A DNA stretch of 64,000 nucleotides from an uncultured bacterium (GCA_963716985.1 OY970323.1:1920001-1984000), one strand, 5' to 3'; positions 20,466 to 30,991 are shown, counted from the first letter of the stretch. A program made the numbers and translations. Notes: a model not told the origin generated them from the sequence alone.

Positions 20466-22431
20466 GGCTATTCGTTTAATTTCGTCCAGTTGGTAGCTTA
20501 AGCCGCCTGCTTTTCCATGCCATTTTTTGCCCGTCTCTTGTGATTTTTTCTGGGTCTCGGCAATTCCACCTTATCTAATAACCATGTGAACAGATCTCGA
20601 GGTTTTTGTTCGAAAAACCTTTCTGCCGCAGTAGTGCCATCCGCTCGTCGTATAAAAAAATTGTGCAACACTGTTAAGACCGTGAGTGTATGTGCAGTCA
20701 ATCGCCGAAATGCATGGAATTTTAATGACAACTGGCCATTTCTACCCTCCACACATGAGCTCGATCGTTGAAAAATTTGGGCGCATTCCAAGGCTCTACG
20801 CCACCATTCTACCTGCATAGAGCAATTTATTCCGCCCCATAACAGATTCTGTTTGAGGCCTTCTTCCAATTTGCGTAAAGTTGTCTTTATCGCTTCTTTT
20901 CGGACCTTCTTTTTAGTTCTTTGCAAACAGAGCTTTAAGTACTCTATCGCAACAAGCTTCTCGAATAACTGCCCATGCCACTCATCTAGTCCCATAGACT
21001 TGATTTGGACTGCAAGGAAGGAAAAGAAAAAACACAGCACGGCAATCATAGAGAGCAGCGATCCCTTGGATTTTTCCAGTTTTTTCTTTTGCTTGTCTGT
21101 GCAATCAGCCTCTTTGGCTACAGTTTCAAGCGTCTCGTAGGCAGTCTCAATCTTCGCTTTAACCTCCTCTGGAGCCTGCTTATCTCCTGTATCTAAACTG
21201 AAGGGATGATAAGCATGAGTGATGGCTCGTCTTGCTTCCTGAGCCATTCTATACTGCTTTTCGGTTGCCTCTATTTTCTTGCGATTCGCTTTTTCCTCTT
21301 TTTCTATTTCAAGAAGCCGATTTCCCACATTTATCCCTCTCTTAGATAGCTCTTCAACCCCACCTGCACGTTTCAACTGATCTCCAAATTTATTCAACGC
21401 TTCAAGTTTTTCTTTTTGCAAATCCTCTTGTTGCTTCTTCACTTGCTGGACAGTTCTTGCCAAGTGGCTTGTAAGTCCCTTGGTGATCTCTTGTTGGACA
21501 TGAAAAAGATCCGAGCCCTTTATGACGTTCAGTGAATGGGTGGCAAGTTTTTTGAGTCCTGATGCCTCATCTCCCACTAACTGATATAAAGTGACATTCA
21601 ATCCCTTGAGAGCAGATTGCGTGACCTTATGCCAGGTCTCAGCATCTCTTTGTTCTTCAAGCTGCTCTGCTAAAATATAGCCAGAGATCGGCTCCATCAA
21701 GATGAGAGTCATATCATCCATTATAAAGTTTTCATCAAGAGCTCCTGGGATGTTTTTATGTGGCATTTGTTTTGCAAGCCTTTCGAACTCTTCCTTCCCA
21801 AATACTGCCACCTGTTGGCCGAGCGTCTTGCAAACCTTCTGCAATGCAGACTCAGAGGTCCCTACAAATGTGTTTATATCAACTCTTTCAAAAAAATCAT
21901 GGAGCTCTGGAATACCGCTATTTCCATTCAGATGGAAATGCATACAAGTGGCTAAAACCATATTATGCAACCAGGTTTGTCCGGAGGGAGATTCGAAAAA
22001 ATGTACGACAGCCGGATCTCGCCTTCCATTAAGTGCTTTCTTCCGATCGATCCAGTGTTGCAAGGAAGTTCTGGGAATGTTATATTTTTTAGCTAGATTG
22101 CGCTGAGATAGGCCTCTTGCTTCATCTATAACCTTAGCCTGCGTGGATCGACCGATGATGCAATATTTTCTGGGCTTTTTTGCTTCCGTTTGACATGCTG
22201 TTTCCATAAGGCTTGCTCTTTCTTTATTTTTTTGTCCAAAAAAATTTTACTGAGCAAGTCCTTTTTATTTAAATATTTAAATGTCAGTTTCTGGAGAAAT
22301 CAAGCTTGTGGGGAATCTCGGCAGAATCCTAGATAGCGTTCAACAGAAAAGAATCCCAAGAGACGGGCAAAAAATAGCATGGAAAAGCAAGCGGCTTAAG
22401 CTACCAACTGGACGAAATTAAACGAATAGCC
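20466..22431 (-). mobile_element. Unclassified IS with 80-bp TIRs and 8-bp TSD GATCACAG
   Basis: GGCTATTCGTTTAATTTCG... TIRs (3 mismatches in 80 bp); TSD at 20458-20465 and 22432-22439. Confidence 0.93.
20498..22207 (-). CDS. Putative DDE transposase (DUF6399-type)
   Basis: N-terminal HTH; ALDENF, GDEASG, DLFH and RSSSCVEGRNG motifs; only long ORF in the element. Confidence 0.8.
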   Translation of the reverse strand: METACQTEAKKPRKYCIIGRSTQAKVIDEARGLSQRNLAKKYNIPRTSLQHWIDRKKALNGRRDPAVVHFFESPSGQTWLHNMVLATCMHFHLNGNSGIPELHDFFERVDINTFVGTSESALQKVCKTLGQQVAVFGKEEFERLAKQMPHKNIPGALDENFIMDDMTLILMEPISGYILAEQLEEQRDAETWHKVTQSALKGLNVTLYQLVGDEASGLKKLATHSLNVIKGSDLFHVQQEITKGLTSHLARTVQQVKKQQEDLQKEKLEALNKFGDQLKRAGGVEELSKRGINVGNRLLEIEKEEKANRKKIEATEKQYRMAQEARRAITHAYHPFSLDTGDKQAPEEVKAKIETAYETLETVAKEADCTDKQKKKLEKSKGSLLSMIAVLCFFFSFLAVQIKSMGLDEWHGQLFEKLVAIEYLKLCLQRTKKKVRKEAIKTTLRKLEEGLKQNLLWGGINCSMQVEWWRRALECAQIFQRSSSCVEGRNGQLSLKFHAFRRLTAHTLTVLTVLHNFFIRRADGTTAAERFFEQKPRDLFTWLLDKVELPRPRKNHKRRAKNGMEKQAA

Positions 22432-23784
22432 GATCACAGCGTCCCAATGACGTCCTAAAAGGGCTTGAAGATCGCTGTCACGATCGCCGCGGAGTTTTTC
22501 AACATCAGAAAATAAATCGAGATTATGAATTCCACGATTAAAAAGGGTGACTTCATGTCCTTGCTTTTGGAATTCTTCGGTTAAGTGAATTCCTAAAAAT
22601 CGCGTGCCTCCCAAGATCAAAATCTTTAAATTGTTTTTAAGATTGTTTTTAGATAAACATTGTTCTGTTTCTGCGTCGTTTAACCATTTTTTATTTTGTC
22701 TTAGATAATCAAACTGATATTTTATAACAAATTCATCTGGTTCTTTATAAAATCGTTTTGCACCGGTATATTGATAACCCCTAAAATCGATATTTTCATT
22801 CAAGGACTGCAATTCAGCCTTTACGCTATCCAGATTTTGAGGTACATCGTCGATGAAGACTATTTTAGAAGGATTGAATTTACGCCATTTTAAAAATGCT
22901 TTGAGAACTTCTCCTTTGGTGTATCCCCCTGAGAATAGAACACCCTCTTCATAGAGAGGCGCAGATTTTCCCGGTTTTGTAATTTCGTTGAAAGAGTGAC
23001 GTTCAACTTTTGGAAAAGAAAGTGAGAAGTCAATATTGACTGACTTTAAATGATCAATACGCCAGCGCTCAATTTTGGGAACAACACCAATTGTTCCGGA
23101 AGGCAAAGCGGTTAATGCAATGACCTTAACGTGCTTCTGCTGAAGATTTTTAATAAAAGAGGGAATTTCTTTTTCTATGAGCACACTTTTTGGCAGTACT
23201 AAACCTAAACTATATGCATTTTCGAGATCTTTTTTTTCTTCTTGAGTTATCGCCTTTTGCCTGGCTTGATCCAATAAAGGCATGACTATTTTGTCTGCAT
23301 TTTTATGAAAAACTTGATCTTCTTTCGTTATTAAAACCTCATCCACATCAAAAACAACTAAAGTTTGTTCGTTCAATTTTTCAAATTCACTCGCTAGTTC
23401 TTTAAAAGAAAAAACTTGAGCATAATTTGCATAGACAGGCGAAAAATCTAACAATAAAAGGGAAAATACACACAAAACTGCTATCAAGATTTTTTTTATC
23501 ACAAAACACCTATCCATCCATGTGTCGATCAAGCATTATCTTACAAAAAAAAGCACCTAATCAAGAAAAAAACCAAGAGGAAGCGATTTGATCTCAAAAC
23601 CATTACTCTTTCTGAATTCGAGTCACAAACGGAAGGCAAGCAGTTGGCTTTCTCCATCCACAAAAAAACGCAACTGCTCATAAAGTTGAGGCGTAAACTT
23701 TTTTTGAACGCTTCCGTCCTCTATGGATAAACCGTTGCTTAAAGCCCAAAAATTGGGATTTACCTCAACTTTATGAGCAGTTGC

Positions 23785-23816
23785 AAAAAAACCCCGCGTT
23801 TGCGGGGTGGTTTTTT
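23785..23816. terminator. Hairpin with A/T tails (terminator or IS-end remnant)
   Basis: AAAAAA-ACCCCGC-GTTT-GCGGGGT-GG-TTTTTT. Confidence 0.4.
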
Positions 23817-23906
23817 GGAGGCGGTTGGGCGAATTCATAACTTTTCGATGGGAAGATTTCGGAAAAGCTCTTATAATTGTTTTGTTTATGGAAAGGATGT
23901 AAGAAG

Positions 23907-24167
23907 TTGCCGACAATTTCTGAATTCTTTGGAATCTTGATTCTTATGTATTACAATGACCACATTCCTCCCCATTTTCATGCTCGATATGGAGACTATG
24001 AAGCTCTTGTTCAAATCTCCCCCCTTGCCTTGGTAAAAGGGAATCTGCCTCCAAGAGCTCTAAGCCTAGTAATAGAATGGGCTAAAATTCATCAAAAAGA
24101 ATTGCAAGAAGATTGGAATTATGCCGCAAACAACAAAAAACTTCAAAAAATTCCCCCTCTCGATTAA
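23907..24167 (+). CDS. DUF4160 family protein (putative toxin)
   Basis: MPTISEFFGI..MYYNDH.PPHFHA.YG. Confidence 0.85.
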   Translation: MPTISEFFGILILMYYNDHIPPHFHARYGDYEALVQISPLALVKGNLPPRALSLVIEWAKIHQKELQEDWNYAANNKKLQKIPPLD

Positions 24168-24177
24168 ATGGGAAAGT

Positions 24178-24438
24178 ATGAAGTTTAATAGATCAAAGAT
24201 AGTAGCTTGCGAACCGCGACCCAATTATCACGTTTGGATTCGTTTCGATGATGGATTGGAAGGAGAGGTCGATTTGAATCATCTTGTCGGCAAAGGCGTG
24301 TTCAAAGCCTGGAAATCCGTAGAATTTTTTAACCAAGTGCATGTCGATCCCAAAACTGACACTCTGACCTGGGGAAATGATCTTGACCTAGATCCTTATG
24401 TTTTGCGAGAAAAATTAGTTGAAAAGGGCCGTAAGTGA
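24178..24438 (+). CDS. DUF2442 family protein (putative antitoxin)
   Basis: IRFDDGLEGEVDL...TLTWGNDLDLDP; usual partner of DUF4160. Confidence 0.85.
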   Translation: MKFNRSKIVACEPRPNYHVWIRFDDGLEGEVDLNHLVGKGVFKAWKSVEFFNQVHVDPKTDTLTWGNDLDLDPYVLREKLVEKGRK

Positions 24439-24716
24439 GTATTTACAACCGATTGTCGTTCCCTTCAAATTGTCGTTTTTGATTGTTCCGAGAATCTATT
24501 TACTTGTTCGAATGCTACGAGGCCCCTCTTTCGATAATTTTTATCTTTGACGATAGAACAAGCTTCTCCTAACCATTTCCGAAAATTTTTCCAATCCTCA
24601 ATCCTGCCCAACACCTATCAATCTATTATCAAATACCTTCATACAAGCAGCTCGCAGAGCCCTTTCGCTTAAGAAATACTTTTTTCAAAAAACTCTCTTC
24701 TCCAGCAGCAAAGCTT

Positions 24717-26237
24717 TTATTCTTTGTGCATCGCTTTTTTGAAAACTTTGGGCAGATTTTCGATCAGATCGGAGGCGATCACGGAATAAGATCCCTTTTC
24801 CAGGGCAGCCACCTCTCCACACAATCCGTGAAGATAGACTCCTAAAAGTGCCGCTTTGTAAGGAGAAAGTTTTTGCGCACATAGAGCTGCGATGATCCCC
24901 GTCAACACATCTCCCGATCCGGCAGTTGCCATAGCGGGATCGCCGCGCATCGAAATCAAGGGCTTTTCGTGCGGGTGAAAAATAAAGGTAGGGGCACCTT
25001 TCAAAACAAGGATGATTTCTTTTTCTTCTGCATATTTTTGACAGGATGCAAGAAAGGCCAGATCTCTCTTTTCTTTCTTTTTGCCCAAAAGACGCTCCAT
25101 CTCCTGATGGTGGGGAGTCAATATGCTCTTTTTGGGCAAAGAGAGGTGCGGATGGTGGGAAAGAACAAAGAGAGCGTCCGCATCCAGAACACAGGGACCG
25201 AGTAGATCGGGTAAAAGAGTCGTCACCAGATGATCGATTGAGGCATTTCTGCCAAGGCCCGGGCCGAGATAGATAGCGGCAGCTTTTTGGCACTCCTCTT
25301 TCAGCTCTTTCAAGTCGCTGCTTTTCCAAAACTTTTTGACCAGCTCATCGGGAAAAGAAGAGCTTTCGACAAGCACATCGTGAGGAAGAAAAAGTTTTAC
25401 GATGCCCGCTCCCGATCGAAGGCATGCAAGAGCGCTTAGTTTGGCAGCTCCCTCCATCCCCAATGAGCCGGCAACCGCAACAACCGATCCCCGCTCATAT
25501 TTATTCGAGCTTCTTTCGATTTTGGGCAGATCTTTTGCAAGGGAACATTCATCGACAAGAAAAAAAGTCTCTGTGGCTTTTTCGAGAAATTCTTGAGGCA
25601 GTCCAATATCTTCTACAAAAAGCTTGCCGACATGATCCCATCCCTCATTGATAAAAAAACCCACCTTAGGAAGCGTAAAGGTAATCGTTAGATCCGCATC
25701 AATGGCCACGGGTTTCGCACATCCGCTATTGCCGTCGAGTCCGGAAGGAATGTCGATAGAAATTTTGGGAAGAGAGGATCGATTGGCCTTTTCGATCATG
25801 GCTCTGATCACACCTGACACCTCTCCCTTAAAACCGGTGCCTAAAAGCGCATCGACGATGAGGCCTTTTTCCGGAAAAAACAGATCCTCTTCTCGATGAA
25901 TTTCCAGAATTGTACCACCCATTTTGAGGAAATGATTGGCCTCTTTTTGACAAAGGGCAGAGGCAGAAAAAAGATCAGAGGCAAGATACGCTTGGACGGA
26001 AAATCCCTGCTTTAAAAGATGCTGCGCTACTACAAACCCATCGGCGCCATTATTTCCTTTGCCGGCAAGGAGCGTGATCTGTTTTTCGAAAGAAGTGGAA
26101 GAAAAAAACTGCAAGATGCGAGATGCGCTTTTTTTTCCGGCCTCCTTCATAAGGTCTTCTTCTTTGACCTTTTGAGAAAAAGCCAAAGATTCCACACGCC
26201 TCATCTCATCAGAAGAGAGTACTTTGAGTCCTTTCAT
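24717..26237 (-). CDS. nnr: Bifunctional NAD(P)HX epimerase/dehydratase
   Basis: GKGNNGADG, DALLGTG, DIPSG, LTPH..E and MATAGSGDVL motifs. Confidence 0.95.
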   Translation of the reverse strand: MKGLKVLSSDEMRRVESLAFSQKVKEEDLMKEAGKKSASRILQFFSSTSFEKQITLLAGKGNNGADGFVVAQHLLKQGFSVQAYLASDLFSASALCQKEANHFLKMGGTILEIHREEDLFFPEKGLIVDALLGTGFKGEVSGVIRAMIEKANRSSLPKISIDIPSGLDGNSGCAKPVAIDADLTITFTLPKVGFFINEGWDHVGKLFVEDIGLPQEFLEKATETFFLVDECSLAKDLPKIERSSNKYERGSVVAVAGSLGMEGAAKLSALACLRSGAGIVKLFLPHDVLVESSSFPDELVKKFWKSSDLKELKEECQKAAAIYLGPGLGRNASIDHLVTTLLPDLLGPCVLDADALFVLSHHPHLSLPKKSILTPHHQEMERLLGKKKEKRDLAFLASCQKYAEEKEIILVLKGAPTFIFHPHEKPLISMRGDPAMATAGSGDVLTGIIAALCAQKLSPYKAALLGVYLHGLCGEVAALEKGSYSVIASDLIENLPKVFKKAMHKE

Positions 26238-26240
26238 CGC

Positions 26241-27239
26241 TTAAAGATGTTCTTCCTTAATGGTCCTTTGCAACAGGGACTCTACGGCCTCTTTGGGCAG
26301 CATGCCATGATAAAGCATGGCATAGGTCGCATCGGTAATTGGAAGCGAAATCCCATGCTTTTTCCCAAGCTCGTAGGCGGAAACGACCGTATAAGCCCCT
26401 TCCACCACCATACCAATTTTTTCTTTTGCAGCAACTAAACTATATCCTTGTGCAATGAGATGGCCAAAACGATTATTGCGGCTCAGCTGGGAGGCGCAGG
26501 TGACAAAAAGATCTCCAAGGCCGGCAAGGCCGTTCAAAGTTTCAGGCTGGCAATTTTTGGCCACCGAAAGCTTGCGCATTTCGTGAAGACCTCGAGTCAT
26601 TAAGGCAGCTTTTGCGTTATCTCCAAAATGCAGAGCCTCGGAGATGCCGCACGCAATTGCAACGACGTTCTTCATCGCTCCGCCAAAACATATGCCGAGT
26701 ATATCGCTATTGGGATAGATGCGGAAATGGGGAGCTGCGAACATCTGCTGTACTTTGTGCATCAGCAAAGGGTCATAGGACGAGCAGACCACAGAGGTCG
26801 GAAGCCCTTGAATCACCTCTTCCGCGTGGCTGGGGCCGCTGATGCAGGCAATCAATGAACGATTTTCAAAGCCGAAAATCTCAAGCGCGATCTCGGGGAG
26901 CAGAAGCCCGGTGTTTTGTTCGATTCCCTTAGAAGTAAGAACGAGAGGGCATAAATTTTTTCTTAAAGCAACCACCTGGTTTAAAACAGTGCGGATGCTT
27001 CCGGCAGTGACGCTTTCAATGAGAATCTCTGCGTCTGCAATTGCGTCTTCGATCGAATCTACGTAGCGTATCTTCTTCGAAAGAGTTCTTCCTTTCAATT
27101 TGGGATGTTCTCTCTTCTCATCCAATAGACGGATCAGTTCCGGATTATAATCCCAGACAACGACCTCATGGCCATTTTGGGCCAAAAGCTGCGCTAGCGC
27201 CGTTCCCCATGTTCCGGCTCCCAAATATCCGATCTTCAT
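26241..27239 (-). CDS. gpsA: NAD(P)H-dependent glycerol-3-phosphate dehydrogenase
   Basis: GAGTWGTALA, SGPSHAEEV, GGAMKNVVAI and SRN motifs. Confidence 0.96.
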   Translation of the reverse strand: MKIGYLGAGTWGTALAQLLAQNGHEVVVWDYNPELIRLLDEKREHPKLKGRTLSKKIRYVDSIEDAIADAEILIESVTAGSIRTVLNQVVALRKNLCPLVLTSKGIEQNTGLLLPEIALEIFGFENRSLIACISGPSHAEEVIQGLPTSVVCSSYDPLLMHKVQQMFAAPHFRIYPNSDILGICFGGAMKNVVAIACGISEALHFGDNAKAALMTRGLHEMRKLSVAKNCQPETLNGLAGLGDLFVTCASQLSRNNRFGHLIAQGYSLVAAKEKIGMVVEGAYTVVSAYELGKKHGISLPITDATYAMLYHGMLPKEAVESLLQRTIKEEHL

Positions 27240-27295
27240 AAAACTCCTTAAAAAACTTTTTTTATAAGATCTATTTTATCACAAAGAAGAAGGTT

Positions 27296-28594
27296 TCACA
27301 AGTCAATGCCTTTAAAATACTCCTCTTCTAAAGAAACTTCTTTTTGATAGAGAGTGAAAAGCTTACGAGTTGGATAATAAAATTCTTGAGAAAGCTCAAA
27401 CTTTTTTTTAAGAGGATGTCGTTTCGTCAACTGATAAAAAATTTTACGCTCTTTTAAAAGAAAGGCTTTTCGAGAGGAGGATAGGCCATCTTTGCCCTTG
27501 GCTCGCTTCAAAGGCGCAAAGCAGGAGCTTTTGGAAGAGATAAGCGCTCCCGTTTTTTGAGAAGAAGGAAAGGCATCAAAGAGAAAACGCTCAAATTTGC
27601 ACACCTCTTTTTCCCCGCGGTTCCATCGGATTTTTTTCCGAACGCAATGAAGAGGAAGAAGAAGAGAGTCGGCTTTTTCCAAAAAGGCAAGACTCATGCA
27701 ATAAAGGCCGGTATTGGCAAAGGGGAAAGAGTGTAGTTCTTGCGGTGCAATTTCCATATATTCCACAACGCGTATTCCCGACGGCGCTTTTGCCAAAACT
27801 CCCATAGAAGCTTCTCCTTTGGGAGTTTGAATCGCCATGATTGCTACCTCACATTCATTTTCTTCCCTGTAGCCCAACAAATCGGCATCAAGAGGATCGG
27901 AAAGAGGATTGTCCACGGGGAAAACAAGGAGGTTTTCCACTCCTTTTTCCCTGCATATTCTTAAGAGATCCGCCCTCTGCAAACTTCGATAAAGGCCTCC
28001 ATTGCCGCAGGCTCTTGCGGCAAGAGATCCATTTTCTAAAAACCACTTTCCATGAAGATCGCAAAGCGGCAATAGATCTTGCGAAAAGAAAGCGACCTGC
28101 CTCTTTTTGAGGCCAAAAAAATGGTTCGTCTCAAAGAAAAGATTCGTCTCTTTTTGATTCAAAGAAGAGGTCATAATCATCAAGAATATTTCTTTTTGAT
28201 ACCTTTTTTGCGCTGCCAAAATTTTTTCGCAAAAGAGTTGAAAGAGGCTTTTTTGTTTGATTATTGTGAACGGAAGACATCCCTTAGGGCCGGGAAAACC
28301 AAGACGGCTTCCCTCTCCGGCAGCCAGCATCAACGCAGCCGCTTTCCCGCAAAAGAGCATTTCTTCCCCTCTGTCTCTATAGATCTTTTTCTTTCCTCCT
28401 TGCGCTTCCCATGGGACCGGCGGCCGATTTTCTTCTTGTTTTTTTTTCTTTTCGAAGAATTGCACCTCTTGGTCTAAAGCTTCTCTTTCAAAAGAATGGA
28501 TTTCCTCGAAAAGGCGCGATTTTTCTTCCCTTGTCGAAAAAAAAGAGAGCAAATGGGCCTGTCCCCACCGTTGTAAAAGCTTATCGGGATTCAT
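27296..28594 (-). CDS. UDP-N-acetylglucosamine pyrophosphorylase (UAP/UDPGP family)
   Basis: AAGEGSRLGFPGPKG, GNGG, VDNPL and KFERFLFD; adjacent to gpsA as in chlamydiae. Confidence 0.85.
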   Translation of the reverse strand: MNPDKLLQRWGQAHLLSFFSTREEKSRLFEEIHSFEREALDQEVQFFEKKKKQEENRPPVPWEAQGGKKKIYRDRGEEMLFCGKAAALMLAAGEGSRLGFPGPKGCLPFTIIKQKSLFQLFCEKILAAQKRYQKEIFLMIMTSSLNQKETNLFFETNHFFGLKKRQVAFFSQDLLPLCDLHGKWFLENGSLAARACGNGGLYRSLQRADLLRICREKGVENLLVFPVDNPLSDPLDADLLGYREENECEVAIMAIQTPKGEASMGVLAKAPSGIRVVEYMEIAPQELHSFPFANTGLYCMSLAFLEKADSLLLPLHCVRKKIRWNRGEKEVCKFERFLFDAFPSSQKTGALISSKSSCFAPLKRAKGKDGLSSSRKAFLLKERKIFYQLTKRHPLKKKFELSQEFYYPTRKLFTLYQKEVSLEEEYFKGIDL

Positions 28595-29564
28595 AGCAGC
28601 CACGCTGTGGGAAGAGATGCATGAGGATGTCATCGACTTGTATGTTGTTCATGTCTTCTTCTTCGGCAAGCAAAGGCACATGGATCAATTGCGTATTGGG
28701 AGATGCGACGCCCTGCTTCAAAATACCCTGGTTCGGATCAGACCAAAGAGAGATGATTTTTATTGGGAAAGGAGTGTCAAGAAAGTAGGTCATAGAGAGT
28801 ATTCCGGAATCGGGGACGATGAGATGCGTACACCGATTCTTGATAATTGAGAGCATCTGAAAAAGATCGGTTTTCTCACGCAGATCGATCACACAGGAAT
28901 GTTCAAAATCCATTTCCGAGCAGAGCCCAAAAAGCAACACCTGGACATCTTTGTGCATCTCGAGCCTATCAAAGAGCTCCTTCCACCTCTCGTTTGGCCA
29001 ATTGCGATAAAGTCCGTAGGCCGCCTCCGCCAAAGGATGCGCGCCGATCACAAGCGGCTTTTGGGGAATATCAAAAGAAGAATGCAGCGAATCTAACGAT
29101 TTCTTCCAGTGCATTTTTGGACAGAGATTGCCCAGCTGCCATTGCACCCAATAGGTGGGGTCGGGCTTTTCGATGATAAGATCAAAAGAAGAGGGATCAA
29201 TCTTTAGTTCTTTCAGCGTTTGCTCGACGGAATAAGGAACTCCCCTTTCCCATTCAGGAGCTTCAATGACCTGGACATTGCTGAGAAATTGAAAGCCCTG
29301 GACCAAATTTTTTCTCGTTAAAAAAGTAATGCGAGCGTCGGGAATATATTCACGAATGCGCGCGACAATTGCATAAAGGCCAAGAGCAATATCTCCGAGG
29401 CCCCGATTCCAGCCAAGAAGGATCTTTTTTTTACGCGCTCTTACGCTTCGCTTCAAAAGAAGCTCGAGCGGGTTGGGGCTGACTTTTCGGCAGATCGTTC
29501 TAAACACTTCCTTCCTTCCTTTCAAGCAGGGTTGCAATGGCTTGAAATACTTCCTCTGCTTCAA
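28581..29564 (-). CDS. Glycosyltransferase family 9-like protein
   Basis: RGLGDIAL, RNWPNERW, IDLREKT and PDSG motifs. Confidence 0.75.
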   Translation of the reverse strand: MKQRKYFKPLQPCLKGRKEVFRTICRKVSPNPLELLLKRSVRARKKKILLGWNRGLGDIALGLYAIVARIREYIPDARITFLTRKNLVQGFQFLSNVQVIEAPEWERGVPYSVEQTLKELKIDPSSFDLIIEKPDPTYWVQWQLGNLCPKMHWKKSLDSLHSSFDIPQKPLVIGAHPLAEAAYGLYRNWPNERWKELFDRLEMHKDVQVLLFGLCSEMDFEHSCVIDLREKTDLFQMLSIIKNRCTHLIVPDSGILSMTYFLDTPFPIKIISLWSDPNQGILKQGVASPNTQLIHVPLLAEEEDMNNIQVDDILMHLFPQRGCYESR

Positions 29565-30552
29565 TCTCTTTCATGCAGCGAAAATCCTTCGGACATACCC
29601 GATAAAAGCAAGGAGAACAGATCGCCTTCTTGTTGATGACAACTCCCTTTGCAAAAGGGCCCGTCATGATTTCACTCGTAGAGCCAAAAAGAGCGACAGA
29701 GGGAACTTCTAAAGCAGAGGCGATATGCATGGGCCCGCTATCATTTGTTAGAAGAAGATCGCACTCATGGATCAAACAGGCAAGCTCTCGGATCGTCGTT
29801 TTTCCCGCCATATTGACCGACTCTTTCGGCAATCCATCGCAGATGAACTTGATCAGAGGAGATGTCCGATCATCTCCAAAAAAAAGCACAAATGCATTTT
29901 TCTCTTGGATCAAACGCAAAGCCACCTCTTTGAAACGCTCGGGAATCCAGCATTTTGCCGATCCATAGGATGCGCCCGCATTGATCCCAATCAATCGTTT
30001 TCCCCTCTGATATCCGACCCGCCGTAAGAGTTCTCTTGCGCGAGAAAGCTCTTCTTCTTGAAGAACGAGGTAGGGAGCCGTTGCGGAGATCGGGATTTCA
30101 AGTTTTGTCAAAAGCTGCTTGTAGGTAAGAATTTGATGCTGCTCTTTGATGTTTTTCGGAAAAGAAACGGGCAGATTGAGAAGGGGTCTTCGAAAAAAAT
30201 TCGAAAAGCCTAGCCTCCATTTTACTCCTCCCATAAAAAACCACCAAGCCGAACGAAAGGAGTTGGTCAAAAGGATGCCAAGATCATATTCTCCTTGAAC
30301 CAGCTTATCGATGATATTCCCTTGCGCCTCTCTTCTAAAAAAACTGCCATCGTCTTTATGGAAGCAAAAAAGCTCGTCGAGATGAGGATCCTCTTGCAAA
30401 AGGGGGCAAAAAGGCGCGGGACACATAGCCGTAAGACGCGCTTGAGGGAAAGCCTTTTTCACGTCGTAGATGATAGGAGTTGCCATCACAACATCGCCCA
30501 GCCAGTTAGGCATGCGGATGAGAATATTTTTGGGTGAAAAAGGAAGGACCAT
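29500..30552 (-). CDS. waaF: LPS heptosyltransferase II (GT9)
   Basis: PNWLGDVVMATP, GASYGSAKCW and TNDSGPMHIA motifs. Confidence 0.85.
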   Translation of the reverse strand: MVLPFSPKNILIRMPNWLGDVVMATPIIYDVKKAFPQARLTAMCPAPFCPLLQEDPHLDELFCFHKDDGSFFRREAQGNIIDKLVQGEYDLGILLTNSFRSAWWFFMGGVKWRLGFSNFFRRPLLNLPVSFPKNIKEQHQILTYKQLLTKLEIPISATAPYLVLQEEELSRARELLRRVGYQRGKRLIGINAGASYGSAKCWIPERFKEVALRLIQEKNAFVLFFGDDRTSPLIKFICDGLPKESVNMAGKTTIRELACLIHECDLLLTNDSGPMHIASALEVPSVALFGSTSEIMTGPFAKGVVINKKAICSPCFYRVCPKDFRCMKEIEAEEVFQAIATLLERKEGSV

Positions 30553-30736
30553 TTGCTTTTTTCTCCTGCAAAAAATTGTGGCACAATTGAGCAATAAAAG
30601 AAAAGAAAGCTTCACGATTTGAAAAATCTAAAAAATTTTTTTAAGCATCGTCTCAAAGATGCAGAGCGAATATCGCTTAGCGCTTGCTCGGCAAACAATA
30701 ATAAGAAAAGCCTGCAAGCTTCAAACACGAACAGGA

Positions 30737-30991
30737 TCAGTTAAAAAGATCGGCATGAGAGCCAGTACTAACCAGGATAATTTCCGCTTCGGTTTTTTTG
30801 TAAATTAACAGCCAATCGGGTTCGATATGGCATTCCCAATATCCGCTAAATGAGCCCTTAAGCTTGTGGCTATGGTATTTTTGCGGAAGTGGTTGGTCCT
30901 CTATAAGCAGCTTCAAAACAACGCGTAGCTTCTCAATCTTTTTACATGTCCAATTTTTTAAAAAGATCGTTGATGTCTTTGCTATGTACAA
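30737..30991 (-). CDS. yafQ: YafQ/RelE-family mRNA interferase (5' end uncertain)
   Basis: HKLKG...ECHIEPDWLLIY...TGSHADLF. Confidence 0.8.
   Translation of the reverse strand: MYIAKTSTIFLKNWTCKKIEKLRVVLKLLIEDQPLPQKYHSHKLKGSFSGYWECHIEPDWLLIYKKTEAEIILVSTGSHADLFN

Larger units (their letters stand above)
19675..23532 (-). pseudogene. DUF2608/HAD-like plus NAD-dependent epimerase fusion gene, split by an IS
   Basis: Removing 20466-22439 restores HWDAVIDTSGYLPR and a 1884-bp frame (627 aa); VVFDVDEVL and ILGGTRFLG motifs. Confidence 0.82.
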
